Part shown: positions 29,683 to 39,778 of the stretch, in pieces | Layout of the letters: every line of letters starts with the position of its first letter | Position numbering within the stretch: position 1 is the first letter of the stretch | Assembly: GCA_965215885.1 (NCBI GenBank) | Contig: CBDCEW010000038.1 | Span: 8,385-72,384, forward strand | Direction: 5' to 3' | Source of the DNA: Candidatus Moanibacter sp. | GTDB lineage: Bacteria > Verrucomicrobiota > Verrucomicrobiia > Opitutales > UBA2987 | DNA: 64,000 bases | The notes under the pieces: model-generated | What the model was told of the DNA's origin: nothing | Databases searched by the model: none | The model's input: the letters and a program-made list of their open reading frames with translations, nothing else | Program-made: the position numbers and the translations under genes

Positions 29683-30597
29683 GTGACACCACCGATCAAC
29701 GACCACCGGCTCGGGCGCTACCAGCCGCTGGAGCACGTCCTGACCTACGATGACTTCGACGAGGGCTTCCACGGATGGCATGCCTACTTCGCCGATTATG
29801 ATGGGTGGGTCGATTACCCCGGCCGTTATCCACCTGTGAGTCCGGTTACCGAAATGGTAGCCAGGGAGCGATCGGGAGACGATGTTCGGTTCGACCGCAA
29901 ATTCCGAATCGGCAAACGCGGTCTGCCCATGCGCAGTTCGATGTCGTATTGGGATGGAACCTGCGGGCTCATGAGTGGAACCTACGCCTTGAAGATACCC
30001 ACGCTGCCGGAGAAGTATGATCGCACCTTTGCCCAGAAGCGCATGACCTCTCCCTGGCGGGGTAAATTCCGCGTGGAAACCTACTTCTGCCTGAAAACGG
30101 ACCCCCGAGATTTCGAACTCGGAGAGCGCGACATCCGCTCCATGATCGTCAGCTTCGATGTCATGGACCGGCCACCCGATGAGAATGTCCGTTGGTGGCC
30201 CTCAATCCGCTACCATAACGCAGAAAACGGTGAATTCGTACGCACCTGGCAGGTGATTACAACCGGTTCTAAAGGGGTCAAAGACGGGCCTTGGACCGAT
30301 CTTGCCGACGGCTATCAGGACCTCGGCTATAACCGGGCCCCCACCAAATATCAATGGCATTACCTTCGGGTGACCTTCGATCTCGCGGAACACGTTTTCG
30401 TGGACCTCAACTGTTACGGTAAGGAATTCAAGGTGGCCGGAATCAAGAACGTGCCGGAGCCTCCCTTAGAGGGGTGGCGGGGAAGCACCGACAAGTGCCA
30501 GGGATTGGTCAACATCGGCTTCGGCGTCGAAGCCGGCGCCGACAAACGGTGCTTTCTCTACCTCGACTCGGTTCTCATCTCGGCAGCGGAGAGCTAA
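29683..30597 (+). CDS. Hypothetical protein, DUF6772-like
   Basis: DDFDEGFHGW, GTYALK, WHYLR, FLYLDSVLIS. Family name is from recall, not from a search. Confidence 0.65.
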   Translation: MTPPINDHRLGRYQPLEHVLTYDDFDEGFHGWHAYFADYDGWVDYPGRYPPVSPVTEMVARERSGDDVRFDRKFRIGKRGLPMRSSMSYWDGTCGLMSGTYALKIPTLPEKYDRTFAQKRMTSPWRGKFRVETYFCLKTDPRDFELGERDIRSMIVSFDVMDRPPDENVRWWPSIRYHNAENGEFVRTWQVITTGSKGVKDGPWTDLADGYQDLGYNRAPTKYQWHYLRVTFDLAEHVFVDLNCYGKEFKVAGIKNVPEPPLEGWRGSTDKCQGLVNIGFGVEAGADKRCFLYLDSVLISAAES

Positions 30598-30767
30598 CAC
30601 CGCATTCGAAGGTTCAAGACGGACCACGAATGTGCCCAGCGCTGCAAAGCCGCAACCAAGGAATATGGTAGTCAAAGATTCGGAGACCCCAGAGTAAACG
30701 GATTGCACGGAATCCCATTGAGAAATCTGGTCTAATCTGGGTAATCTGCGGTTCCTTTTCTCAGCTC

Positions 30768-32159
30768 ATGAGGCATCTCTTTCTCGATCCGGAAATGCTC
30801 GAAGTGTGTCGAGAGGCCGAGTTGAGGGTTAACGCTCCCCAGCGGAGGGAAACGATCATTAGACCCGATCGTCCCTGGGAGCAATTAATGATTACTTTCT
30901 ATCTTACCGTTCGCGATGAGGCCGGAAAGCTGAGGATGTGGTACACCTGCCGTGACAAGGAAAACCAACCCAATGTGGCCTATGCCGAATCGACTGACGG
31001 GGCTGCTTGGACCAAGCCAAATCTAGGGATCTATGAATACAACGGTTCCAGGGCGAACAACCTCGTGGGCCTTCACGACCTTGAAGGAGTCGTTTTCAAG
31101 GATCCTAACATGCCTGCCGGAGAGCGTTATCAGTACGTTTCGACCAGCAGACCATCCGGGAAGTCAACGGATCAAAAAGGGATCTACCGGTTCCATTCGC
31201 CCAATGGTTTGAGTTGGAAAAAGGACGACGTTCCGCTGATCCGCGCCGGCAGCGACACGCAGAATATCGTTTGGTGGGACGAAGGGCGGCAGGAGTATGT
31301 GATGTATCTTCGCGGTTGGGACCCTTCACGGTCACGCCGCAAGGTTCTTCGTCTTTCGCTATCGCGCTTGAAGCAGCCATTGGAGTTGACTCTTAGCGGT
31401 CAGGGCCGGGGACAATACTTCTACAACGAGATTCCCGCTGTATTGCAATGCGACGAACAAGATCCCGTCCGAACGGATATCTACAATATGTCGGCACAAC
31501 CGTACCCAGTCGACCCTACTTGGTATGTCGCGTTTCCAACCCTTTTGCGCCGCTCGGCGGAGACGGATGTTCCCGGCTATAAGGGACGCCACATCGGGCC
31601 GGCCGAGGTAATGTTTGCCGGCAGCCCAGACAGCATCGCGTGGCATCGCTACGACCGCTCTGCTTACGCCTCACCACCGCTGGTAGACCCGGACAAGCGC
31701 AACATGGTTTTTATGGGCACCGGTATGGTAATACGCGAAAACGAAATTTGGCAGTACGCCACCGAATTTCACTCGCACCATGGTGACATTTCAGCACGTG
31801 AGAAACGGACCGATGGGTTCATCGTACGGTATGTTCAGCGGATCGACGGCTTTGTCTCGCTCGATACGGGCATCGCCAAGGGCACAGTGCGCACGAAAGC
31901 GGTTGAGGTGAGAGGGAAGCGTCTTCTGCTGAATGCAAACACCGGTGCACTGGGTGAAATTCGCGTCGGCCTGGTCGATCCGTATGGGAATCCCCTCTCC
32001 GGCTTCGGCCTCGACGATTGCGAGCCATTTACGGGCAATACCACCAATGGGATCGTGTCATGGCGAAACGGTAAGGACTTAGAGGCGCTCGAAGGCAAGC
32101 GGATTCAGCTCCTGCTGGAATCGACACGGACCAAACTGTTCTCGTTTCGCTTCCGATGA
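30768..32159 (+). CDS. Putative five-bladed propeller glycoside hydrolase-like protein
   Basis: RPDRPWE, YAESTDG..WTKPNLG, SDTQN, RIDGFVS, C-terminal LFSFRF. Paralogous to 39779-41146. Confidence 0.7.
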   Translation: MRHLFLDPEMLEVCREAELRVNAPQRRETIIRPDRPWEQLMITFYLTVRDEAGKLRMWYTCRDKENQPNVAYAESTDGAAWTKPNLGIYEYNGSRANNLVGLHDLEGVVFKDPNMPAGERYQYVSTSRPSGKSTDQKGIYRFHSPNGLSWKKDDVPLIRAGSDTQNIVWWDEGRQEYVMYLRGWDPSRSRRKVLRLSLSRLKQPLELTLSGQGRGQYFYNEIPAVLQCDEQDPVRTDIYNMSAQPYPVDPTWYVAFPTLLRRSAETDVPGYKGRHIGPAEVMFAGSPDSIAWHRYDRSAYASPPLVDPDKRNMVFMGTGMVIRENEIWQYATEFHSHHGDISAREKRTDGFIVRYVQRIDGFVSLDTGIAKGTVRTKAVEVRGKRLLLNANTGALGEIRVGLVDPYGNPLSGFGLDDCEPFTGNTTNGIVSWRNGKDLEALEGKRIQLLLESTRTKLFSFRFR

Positions 32160-32414
32160 ACCTGCAGGGGGTCGAAGCAGTTGAGACGTAATTACTAAGG
32201 GAGACACCTCGCGCACTGCATATCGGGACGACATCGCACTCCTTCTCTTGCCAGAGATTCGGGACGACTTGATAAAGCTCAGAGATGGGGTATCTTGCCA
32301 TTAGCAGCTTACGACTTGCCATTCTTCTCAACTTCAAATACGCCAAACTTGATTGGAAACGTCTCGTACGCTGAATGACCCGTGTTTCGGTTTCCCTAAT
32401 AGAAATCTTCTGCC

Positions 32415-34034
32415 ATGAATACTCACGAAATCCCGAACCTCTCTGTTACACCACATGAGGTGTTTTCAAATGATTTGAAGACGCAGGAAAGAGAGTTAAA
32501 AAATAGCCCGCTTATGAAGCGGTTTGCAGAATCACGTTTAAAACAGGCAGGCGACCCCTATCGTCCAATTTATCATTTTGTGAGTCCTGAAAGTATGCTC
32601 AATGACCCAAATGGTCTTTGTTATTTTCAAGGGAAATGGCACATGTTTTATCAAGCATATCCGCCTGACGAATTCCCAAAGCCCACAAAGTCTGATATTA
32701 TGAAAAGAAGAGCACACTGGGGACATGCCATTAGTGATGATTTAATTCACTGGCGTGATTTACCGTATGCCATTTATCCGGGACCGGAAAAAATGTGTTA
32801 TTCGGGAGGGACATTAGTTGAAGGTGACACAGTTTATGCTTTCTACCCGGGAATTGACGCAGGTCAAATGTTAGCAATGTCTAGCGATCCCTTGTTGTTA
32901 AATTGGGAAAAGGTGACCGGAAAGCCAATAAACAGTCCTCGAGGAGATTCATTTATTTGGAAAGACGGTAATTCTTATTATGCTCTATTAGGAAATTCCC
33001 GCTTAATAGAATCAAAAAATCTTGTAGATTGGAAATCGCATGGAGAGATTCTTGAATTGCCTTCAAATGAAAAGTATTCGTTATCTCTCATCCGCAAAAC
33101 TCCAAATCCCCTCTTGTACAGTATGATGAGAGATAACGTCTCTTGTCCTTATTTCTGGCCTATTGGAGCCAAACATATGTTTCTGTTTTTTAGTCATGAA
33201 AACGGAGGACAATACTATCTCGGAGATTATGATAAAAGTCGTAAAAAATTCAAGCCATACATACTTGGAAGATTCAATCATGGAAAAGCGAAGCCGGGAG
33301 GAGTTCATGCGCCATCAGCCTATCCTGACCCAAATAATCAAGGCGAATTGGTCAATATTTTCAACATTAACAGTGGTATTCCTGCAGTGAATTGGAATCA
33401 AATCATGTCTATCCCGCACCATTATGCATTAAATGATGATAAAACACTGAATATTCGACCGGTAAAAGCGGTAGAATCGTTAAGAACCAACCATCGACAT
33501 GTTGGCGAAACAGAAATGAAGGCAAATGAAGAGCTGGTTTTCGAATCTATTCAGGGTAAATCGATGGAACTGAGTTTTGAAATAGATCAAGCTGATGCAC
33601 GCGCCATACAAATTAGCGTATTCCGATCACCCAATGCTGAAGAGAAAACAACGATTACTTTTTACAATAGGGCGCTTAGCACGTCCTCAGTCTCCTCGAT
33701 CTGGCATCCTACGGATGGTCAATTAGTGTTAGATGTTACAGATTCTACTACCTCTTCAGATGTATGGCTTCGACCACCGGAAAAAGCAATGTTGCCTTTG
33801 AGTTCAATAGAAGACTCGGGACAAGAAGTTGGTCCTTACGAAAATTTGAAGTTGAGAATTTTTATTGATAAGAGTGTGGCAGAAATTTTTGCAAATGAAA
33901 AATTATTTATGGCAGGAAGGGTATATCCTGCGCTGGAAAACAGCACTGGGGTTTCGATAAAAGCTACAGGCCGTGATGCCGTTCTGAAATCGCTTGAGGC
34001 TTGGGATATGAAACCTATTATGCCAACCAACTAG
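32415..34034 (+). CDS. Glycoside hydrolase family 32-like protein
   Basis: RPIYHF, LNDPNG, WHMFYQ, WGHAIS.DLIHW, YSGG, C-terminal LRIFIDKSVAEIFAN. Confidence 0.88.
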   Translation: MNTHEIPNLSVTPHEVFSNDLKTQERELKNSPLMKRFAESRLKQAGDPYRPIYHFVSPESMLNDPNGLCYFQGKWHMFYQAYPPDEFPKPTKSDIMKRRAHWGHAISDDLIHWRDLPYAIYPGPEKMCYSGGTLVEGDTVYAFYPGIDAGQMLAMSSDPLLLNWEKVTGKPINSPRGDSFIWKDGNSYYALLGNSRLIESKNLVDWKSHGEILELPSNEKYSLSLIRKTPNPLLYSMMRDNVSCPYFWPIGAKHMFLFFSHENGGQYYLGDYDKSRKKFKPYILGRFNHGKAKPGGVHAPSAYPDPNNQGELVNIFNINSGIPAVNWNQIMSIPHHYALNDDKTLNIRPVKAVESLRTNHRHVGETEMKANEELVFESIQGKSMELSFEIDQADARAIQISVFRSPNAEEKTTITFYNRALSTSSVSSIWHPTDGQLVLDVTDSTTSSDVWLRPPEKAMLPLSSIEDSGQEVGPYENLKLRIFIDKSVAEIFANEKLFMAGRVYPALENSTGVSIKATGRDAVLKSLEAWDMKPIMPTN

Positions 34035-34299
34035 AAGCGGACAATTCTGTATTCGTTTTTTGCTCCTTTGGGCACTGCCCTCCGTGGTTTCTCCTCCACC
34101 CACAGGTTGATATTGTTGCGGTTTTCCTGCGCCGCCGAGTTCGATTTTTACTGGATCTTGAAGGATTAGGTTGGAGGATATCGCTCTTGAAATCGGTTCA
34201 TGTCCAAGATTTAGAAGCGTTAATAAATCTTGCTTAGGCCAACACACTGCACTAGCAAGGTGGGTCGAATCCTTCCATTTAAATCCGTTCGAGACTGTG

Positions 34300-36309
34300 A
34301 TGAAGACTAAATTGATAAGCATTCCCATTCGGCTCATATTAATGGCACTGGGTGGTCTCCTGAGCTTCGTCTCAGCAGTCCACGCTCAACTGGCAGGCGA
34401 CGATAACTTCCTCGGCAATGTCGATCCTGAGAAATGGACCTGTAATCCCATCGTTGACGGTATTACCTGCCCGGAAAGCACGCCCGAGGACGAACGCGAC
34501 ATCATTATCGGGAACGGGCAGCTTTTTCAGAATGTGGGGCGCGCCATTTACCTGACCGGCGATCCACCGGGCGTTCCCGAACCTGAAGACGCCTTGATCC
34601 GGATTTGGCGCCCGAATGTCGCGCCTGCCAACCAGAGCTTCTCGGTGAAAATAAACGTCAACATGGCGTTGGACCTTATCACCCGTTACCCGGATCAAGG
34701 CGATCACCACTACGCCGGACTTGGCATTTTCAAGACTTCGACCATCGATCGGTCCGCTTCCGGCTTTGCCAAAGTTCCCGATCGTATTGTCTTTGCCATC
34801 CGCCGTGAGAATTCAGGCGGAATCAATAATTTCATGCGCCTTTTCGGACATGAGGGCAATGGGCCCGAATTCGTCGCTTCGAATATTGAAATCGGCGCGA
34901 CGCGAGCGCGATTCGACATCATTATCGACTATGATGCGTCTTCCCAGACCTTCACGGCGCGCTTCCAGGAGTTTCTCACTCCGCCCGGCCCGCTGGAGGA
35001 AGGGGGCTCGATCAGCCTCGGTGCGGGTGGACATCTCGATTGGGGGCTGACAAACGAAGACACGTTTACGATTGGGATGATCCCCGCAGCCATTGGAGAG
35101 GTATTCATCGATGGCGAAGACCAGCGAACCTTTTATGACAACTTCGAGGGGGAAACGACGGGTGAGCCGATCGACATCGGCGGCGGGCCGCAGAACCAAA
35201 CCATATCCTTTGCCCAGCTCGGGAATACCACTTATGGGCTGGACAGGATTTTCCTCAGTGGGACGGCTTCGAGCGGCTTGCCGGTGACGTTTGCGTTAGT
35301 GTCCGGTCCGGGATTGATTAATCCGGACAACTCCCTCAGCACAACCGGTCCGGGTACGGTAACGGTGAGGGCTTCGCAGGCGGGCAATGCAGCGTTTAAT
35401 GCGGCACCGGATGTGGACCGGAGCTTCACCGTCACCCAGCCGAGCACGGGAGCGTCTTCGTTGCTGGATGCGGGCAGCGCGAAGCTTGTCAACGACGGCA
35501 CTTTTTTTGACGGAAACACCTATAACGGCTTTGAACTGGCCGGGGATCACGGTACGTTCAGCTCGATCGCGGGAGAGATTACCCGTATCTCATTTCTCGA
35601 TCGGGACGGGGATCTGATGTTTGCAGAGTTTGGGAGCGACGATCCGAACACGGTGTTGATCATCACGTTCGAGGAGTTCATGAGCGCGTCGGCCGCTTCA
35701 CCGTATATTCAGTCCACGACGGTCTACGCCCAGGGTCATCCCAGTTTCGAGATTCAGAATTCAACACCATTGACGTTTGTCTCCTTTTTCAGCTTGGGAA
35801 ACGATGTCCTGCGGGTCGACGGGTCATTAATCAAGAGCGATACTTTCGATGATGACGTCAATGGGGTGGCGGAAATCCAGTCACTCACTATCAGCGACGG
35901 ATCGACCGCCATCGGCGGCATCAATTCGGCTAATGCAAATTTTATCGGTTCCGCCGGTGTTATCGGCGTTGATGCGCCTGATGTGTCGGTGGGAGTATTT
36001 CTCTTCGTGGGAGATATCACTCCCTCCGCCACTGCCATGCCCATGCTTCGCATAAGCCCGGATTCCGCGATTTCCGAAATCTTAATCAACGGCGGCGATC
36101 TCGCGGAAGCGATCGGTAATCTCCAGATCGACACTAACGCTGTGGTTTATTCGTTCCCGATCATGGCGACAGGCGGCCAAAGATCGATCAGCGATTCTCC
36201 CTTGCGTACGGATCTCGGTGACGGAAGTCTTCCGCCCGTTACCAACACCTTTGTGGCGAATCCGGATGATTTCTTCGTCACCGACGGGCAGACTGTGATC
36301 GGGCCTTAG
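34300..36309 (+). CDS. Secreted multidomain surface protein with Ig-like QTISF module
   Basis: Signal peptide ending AVHA, QTISF...ASSGLPVTF..VSGP...TVRASQAGN module, acidic beta-rich C-terminal domain. Confidence 0.75.
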   Translation: MKTKLISIPIRLILMALGGLLSFVSAVHAQLAGDDNFLGNVDPEKWTCNPIVDGITCPESTPEDERDIIIGNGQLFQNVGRAIYLTGDPPGVPEPEDALIRIWRPNVAPANQSFSVKINVNMALDLITRYPDQGDHHYAGLGIFKTSTIDRSASGFAKVPDRIVFAIRRENSGGINNFMRLFGHEGNGPEFVASNIEIGATRARFDIIIDYDASSQTFTARFQEFLTPPGPLEEGGSISLGAGGHLDWGLTNEDTFTIGMIPAAIGEVFIDGEDQRTFYDNFEGETTGEPIDIGGGPQNQTISFAQLGNTTYGLDRIFLSGTASSGLPVTFALVSGPGLINPDNSLSTTGPGTVTVRASQAGNAAFNAAPDVDRSFTVTQPSTGASSLLDAGSAKLVNDGTFFDGNTYNGFELAGDHGTFSSIAGEITRISFLDRDGDLMFAEFGSDDPNTVLIITFEEFMSASAASPYIQSTTVYAQGHPSFEIQNSTPLTFVSFFSLGNDVLRVDGSLIKSDTFDDDVNGVAEIQSLTISDGSTAIGGINSANANFIGSAGVIGVDAPDVSVGVFLFVGDITPSATAMPMLRISPDSAISEILINGGDLAEAIGNLQIDTNAVVYSFPIMATGGQRSISDSPLRTDLGDGSLPPVTNTFVANPDDFFVTDGQTVIGP

Positions 36310-36436
36310 TCGTTGTCGGCGGGGGCGCCGGTTTCTGTTGCTACATTCGTAGCTGCCTACTTTCCGCCCCCTGGCAGGCGCTCGACGACGCGAGCGCCTG
36401 ATTGGCTGATCGTGACCGCAAATGTCCTAGCGAATT

Positions 36437-37291
36437 TCACATTTCACCCTTTATCCACTCTGATCCTTGCGCTTCCAGCAGGTCTCGGATATTCCTTTCC
36501 AGTCGTCCAGGCACGGTGCTGGCACCGACTGCCCCAGTACCCCCATCAGCGACTAAGTTATGTCCGGTGATCGCCGATGATTCATCGGATGCAAGAAAGA
36601 GCATGGCATCAGCCACCTGCTCCGGACGCGTGGGACTGCCCATGGGATAGACAAATTTCTGTCTTCTGACCTCCGCCGGATTATTCTTGAGCATTTCGAG
36701 TTTTTTCTCAGTAAGCATCCGGGCCGGAGTGAGCGCATTGGCCCGGATCCCATGGGGGCCATAGGTAACAGCCAGACACATGGTGAAATTGATCAAGCCC
36801 GCCTTGGCCGGGCCATACGATGAAATACCGGAACTTCCAAACAGGGCGTTTCCGGACGAGACATTAATAATGCTCCCACCCCCCTGTTTGATCATAGAAG
36901 GAACCACCTCCTTACAGAACAAGAGGGGCGCTGTCATATGGCAAAATATCCCTTCTTCCCAGTCTTTCAGCGTAACTTTCTCCAACAGCCCGCGAGGGTT
37001 ATCGATGATGGCATTATTGACCATAACATCAACTCGCCCATATCGCTCCAAGGTGAATTGAGCCAGGGCGGTGATGTCCTCTTTTTTCATAACATCACAC
37101 TTTTTATAGGCGATTTCGCCGCTGAGACCTTCGGCCTCTTTGAGCACCTTCTGGGCATTCTCCGGGGTTCTGCCCCGGTCACAGATGACAACGGAAGCTC
37201 CCTCCTTGGCGAACAGCAATGCTCCTGCCTTTCCAAGTCCTAAGGTTGCACCAGTTATGATGGCTACTTTACCTGCTAATCTCGTTCCCAT
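36437..37291 (-). CDS. Short-chain dehydrogenase/reductase
   Basis: TGATLGLG, NNA, YGPAK catalytic motif, ITGHNLVADGG. Confidence 0.92.
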   Translation of the reverse strand: MGTRLAGKVAIITGATLGLGKAGALLFAKEGASVVICDRGRTPENAQKVLKEAEGLSGEIAYKKCDVMKKEDITALAQFTLERYGRVDVMVNNAIIDNPRGLLEKVTLKDWEEGIFCHMTAPLLFCKEVVPSMIKQGGGSIINVSSGNALFGSSGISSYGPAKAGLINFTMCLAVTYGPHGIRANALTPARMLTEKKLEMLKNNPAEVRRQKFVYPMGSPTRPEQVADAMLFLASDESSAITGHNLVADGGTGAVGASTVPGRLERNIRDLLEAQGSEWIKGEM

Positions 37292-37436
37292 GAGTTTCTC
37301 CTTGTGTTAACCCTATCGTTTCAAAATCCACCGCGAATTGCACGATTTCATCAAATTGGTTACAGATCAATCGTAAACGACCGGTGAACTGCCCTATGGA
37401 TCGCGGCATGCGCGAGGATCCTGGCAGTGTCCGGGT

Positions 37437-38939
37437 TCAAGAGGCTGCGAGCGGTTCGCCTGTTCGGGTCGGCTTCCAATTCGCCGGAGCGAGTTCGGCG
37501 ATCTCGGTGATGTTCATGTCCGGCAATCTTTTGAGGACGTCAGTGAGGTAAGCGGATGGTTCAATTGCGTGCCGCCGGCAACTCTCAATGATCGAGTAAA
37601 TTACGGCGCTTCTCCAACCGGCCTTGGGGTGGCCGATGAACATCCAGTTTTTCTTTCCCAGGGCGGTCGGCCGGATAGCATTCTCAATGAGGTTATTGTC
37701 GATTTCAACCTTGCCATGCTCGAGGTAGCGCTTGAGTGATTCCCACTGGTTCAGAGCATACTCAACGGCTTCACCCATTTTGCTCCGCGGCAAGGCCCGC
37801 CGTTTGAGTATAGGCAAGGCTTTGCCCAAGCGTTCCACGATCATCCGACCATGGCTTTTCCGGTAGGCTTCGCGCAAGGCGGGACCGGCCCGCTGTTCGC
37901 GCAGAGGGCGCTCGTCTCTGTAGAGATTGTGGATCTGCCGCACCACCCAGCCGGCCAGCTTCGGATTCTCATCCATCGCCTCCACAAATTTGCGTCGCAG
38001 GTGTGCCCAGCACCCAAACAGGGTAATCCCGTTATGCTCCCGGGCGAAACTGCCATAGGCTGCGTAACCGTCGGTTTGGAGCAACCCTTCGTATCCGTTG
38101 AGGAACTGCTCGAGACATTTTACCCCACGGCCTGTGTGCCAGTCGTAGAGCACCTCGCCGCCGGGTCGCCCGTAGACCCCCAGGTATCCTTTCCTGCAGC
38201 CCTCTTTCTTGCCTGCGTCCGGATCCAGGTAGCGGATGGGCGTTTCGTCCGCCTGGATGTAACCGCCCTCGAACAATTGTAAGCACATGTAGTTGTAGAT
38301 GGGTTTTAGCCATTGCGCTACCTGGTGGATCCAATCGAGCATGCTCTGGCGCGCCACCCTTACTCCGTAGCGTTCCCGGAAAATCTTCTCCTGCCGATAC
38401 AACGGCAGGTGATCGACGTATTTGCTCAGTAATATGTGCACCAAAAGCCCCACTCCAGGGATCCCTTTTTCAATCAGCCGCGATGGTAATGGCGCCAGCA
38501 CGGGAGGTTCCTGGGGCTTTTCGCGAGATACATATTTGCGCCGTATATAGCGCCGCCTGATAAATCGGGCCGGGAGCAAATCTAACTCTTCAGTGACTTC
38601 CTCACCGATCAACCGCCACTTTTGCGGTTCAACCTTCACCGCTTCGGGTTCGATTACGATCTCTTCGACTTCCAGGTGCTCGGGCAGACGCTGTCGCCTC
38701 GCCCCAGCTCCTTTGCGCGCCTTCGGCTCGGGTGGTGGCTCTGCCGTTTGCTCAGCGGGTTTGTTTTCCTCGGCCTGCTCCAGCCCGGCCAGGAGCAATT
38801 CCAGCTGTCCCGGATCGATCCGCTCGCTTTGGTTGCCTCCAAAGTAGCGCTTAATGAGCCAGCCGATCTTCTGACGTAAAAGCCGATTCTCCTCTCGGAG
38901 TTGCTCCAGCTCTGTTTGCAAAACCTCGACTTCAGGCAT
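37437..38939 (-). CDS. tnpC: IS66 transposase TnpC
   Basis: HLPLYRQ, ADETP, TDGY, CWAHLRRKF, IDNNLIENAIRP. Confidence 0.95.
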   Translation of the reverse strand: MPEVEVLQTELEQLREENRLLRQKIGWLIKRYFGGNQSERIDPGQLELLLAGLEQAEENKPAEQTAEPPPEPKARKGAGARRQRLPEHLEVEEIVIEPEAVKVEPQKWRLIGEEVTEELDLLPARFIRRRYIRRKYVSREKPQEPPVLAPLPSRLIEKGIPGVGLLVHILLSKYVDHLPLYRQEKIFRERYGVRVARQSMLDWIHQVAQWLKPIYNYMCLQLFEGGYIQADETPIRYLDPDAGKKEGCRKGYLGVYGRPGGEVLYDWHTGRGVKCLEQFLNGYEGLLQTDGYAAYGSFAREHNGITLFGCWAHLRRKFVEAMDENPKLAGWVVRQIHNLYRDERPLREQRAGPALREAYRKSHGRMIVERLGKALPILKRRALPRSKMGEAVEYALNQWESLKRYLEHGKVEIDNNLIENAIRPTALGKKNWMFIGHPKAGWRSAVIYSIIESCRRHAIEPSAYLTDVLKRLPDMNITEIAELAPANWKPTRTGEPLAAS

Positions 38940-39007
38940 GAAAACAATACTAAACTAACGGTAATAAGAAAAGCACTACTTTTTTCAAAAAAATCACTTT
39001 TTTTGAC

Positions 39008-39358
39008 CTAACGCTGATACCAGGGCCGCATCTTCCCCTCCCTCAGGTCGATCCCGTTCAAGAGCATGCTCAACGCTTCAGGGCGCAATGGAAGCTTCTG
39101 ATCTTTCAAGTCCACTCCCTGCGGCCAGCTGAACCGACCCTTCTCTAATCGCTTTGCGAAAACCCATAACCCCGTGCCGTCCCAATACAGAATCTTGACC
39201 CGGTCCCGGCTGCGATTGCAGAAGACAAAGTCCGCTCCGCTCAACGGGTCTTCCTTGAGCTGATTGGCCGCCAGGGCGTAGAGACCATTAAAGCTCTTTC
39301 GCAGATCCGTTACTCCCACGGCCAGGAAAACCTTCATCGTTCCCGGTAAGCTCAGCAT
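39008..39358 (-). CDS. tnpB: IS66 accessory protein TnpB
   Basis: TDLRKSFNGL, FVFCNR.RDRVKILYWDG, KRLEKGRF.WP. Confidence 0.93.
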   Translation of the reverse strand: MLSLPGTMKVFLAVGVTDLRKSFNGLYALAANQLKEDPLSGADFVFCNRSRDRVKILYWDGTGLWVFAKRLEKGRFSWPQGVDLKDQKLPLRPEALSMLLNGIDLREGKMRPWYQR

Positions 39359-39717
39359 CCCGATTCCCTCAACGCCTTCACCAGACTCGCCACTTGTTCC
39401 ACCGCAACACCGCAGTCCACCTCCACCCGTATCGGGTCCCCTAAGACGATCTCGATCCGATCCTCCGTGACCGCGCTGCTCTGCACCGTAACTTCGGCAA
39501 ACCGCGCCCCCGCCGATTTTACCCCGCTGCTTCTGTGCCCGGCCCGGTCCTTGCGCAGCCATCCCATAAAGGTCATATACTTGATACCGTGCCGCTGGGC
39601 AAACGCCCTCTGCGTCTGATTGCTGCGACGGTATGCGCTTATCAGTCGCCTGCGCTCCTGCCGACTTCGTCGAACGATTCGCTTCGACCGTGTCCGCCCT
39701 CTCGTTTTTTCTCCCAT
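39352..39717 (-). CDS. tnpA: IS66 accessory protein TnpA (HTH)
   Basis: QRAFAQRHGI...W, FAEV. First gene of the element. Confidence 0.85.
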   Translation of the reverse strand: MGEKTRGRTRSKRIVRRSRQERRRLISAYRRSNQTQRAFAQRHGIKYMTFMGWLRKDRAGHRSSGVKSAGARFAEVTVQSSAVTEDRIEIVLGDPIRVEVDCGVAVEQVASLVKALRESGC

Positions 39718-39778
39718 CCCATAATCATATCACGGTCGGCATCTTTGCGCTACAAGGTCGTTGCCCGGTCGCTTACGA

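Larger units (their letters stand above)
37373..39776 (-). mobile_element. IS66-family element, apparently intact
   Basis: TIRs GTAAACGACCGGTGAAC / GTAAGCGACCGGGCAAC. Perfect 8-bp duplication GATCAATC. Three-gene layout. Confidence 0.95.
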
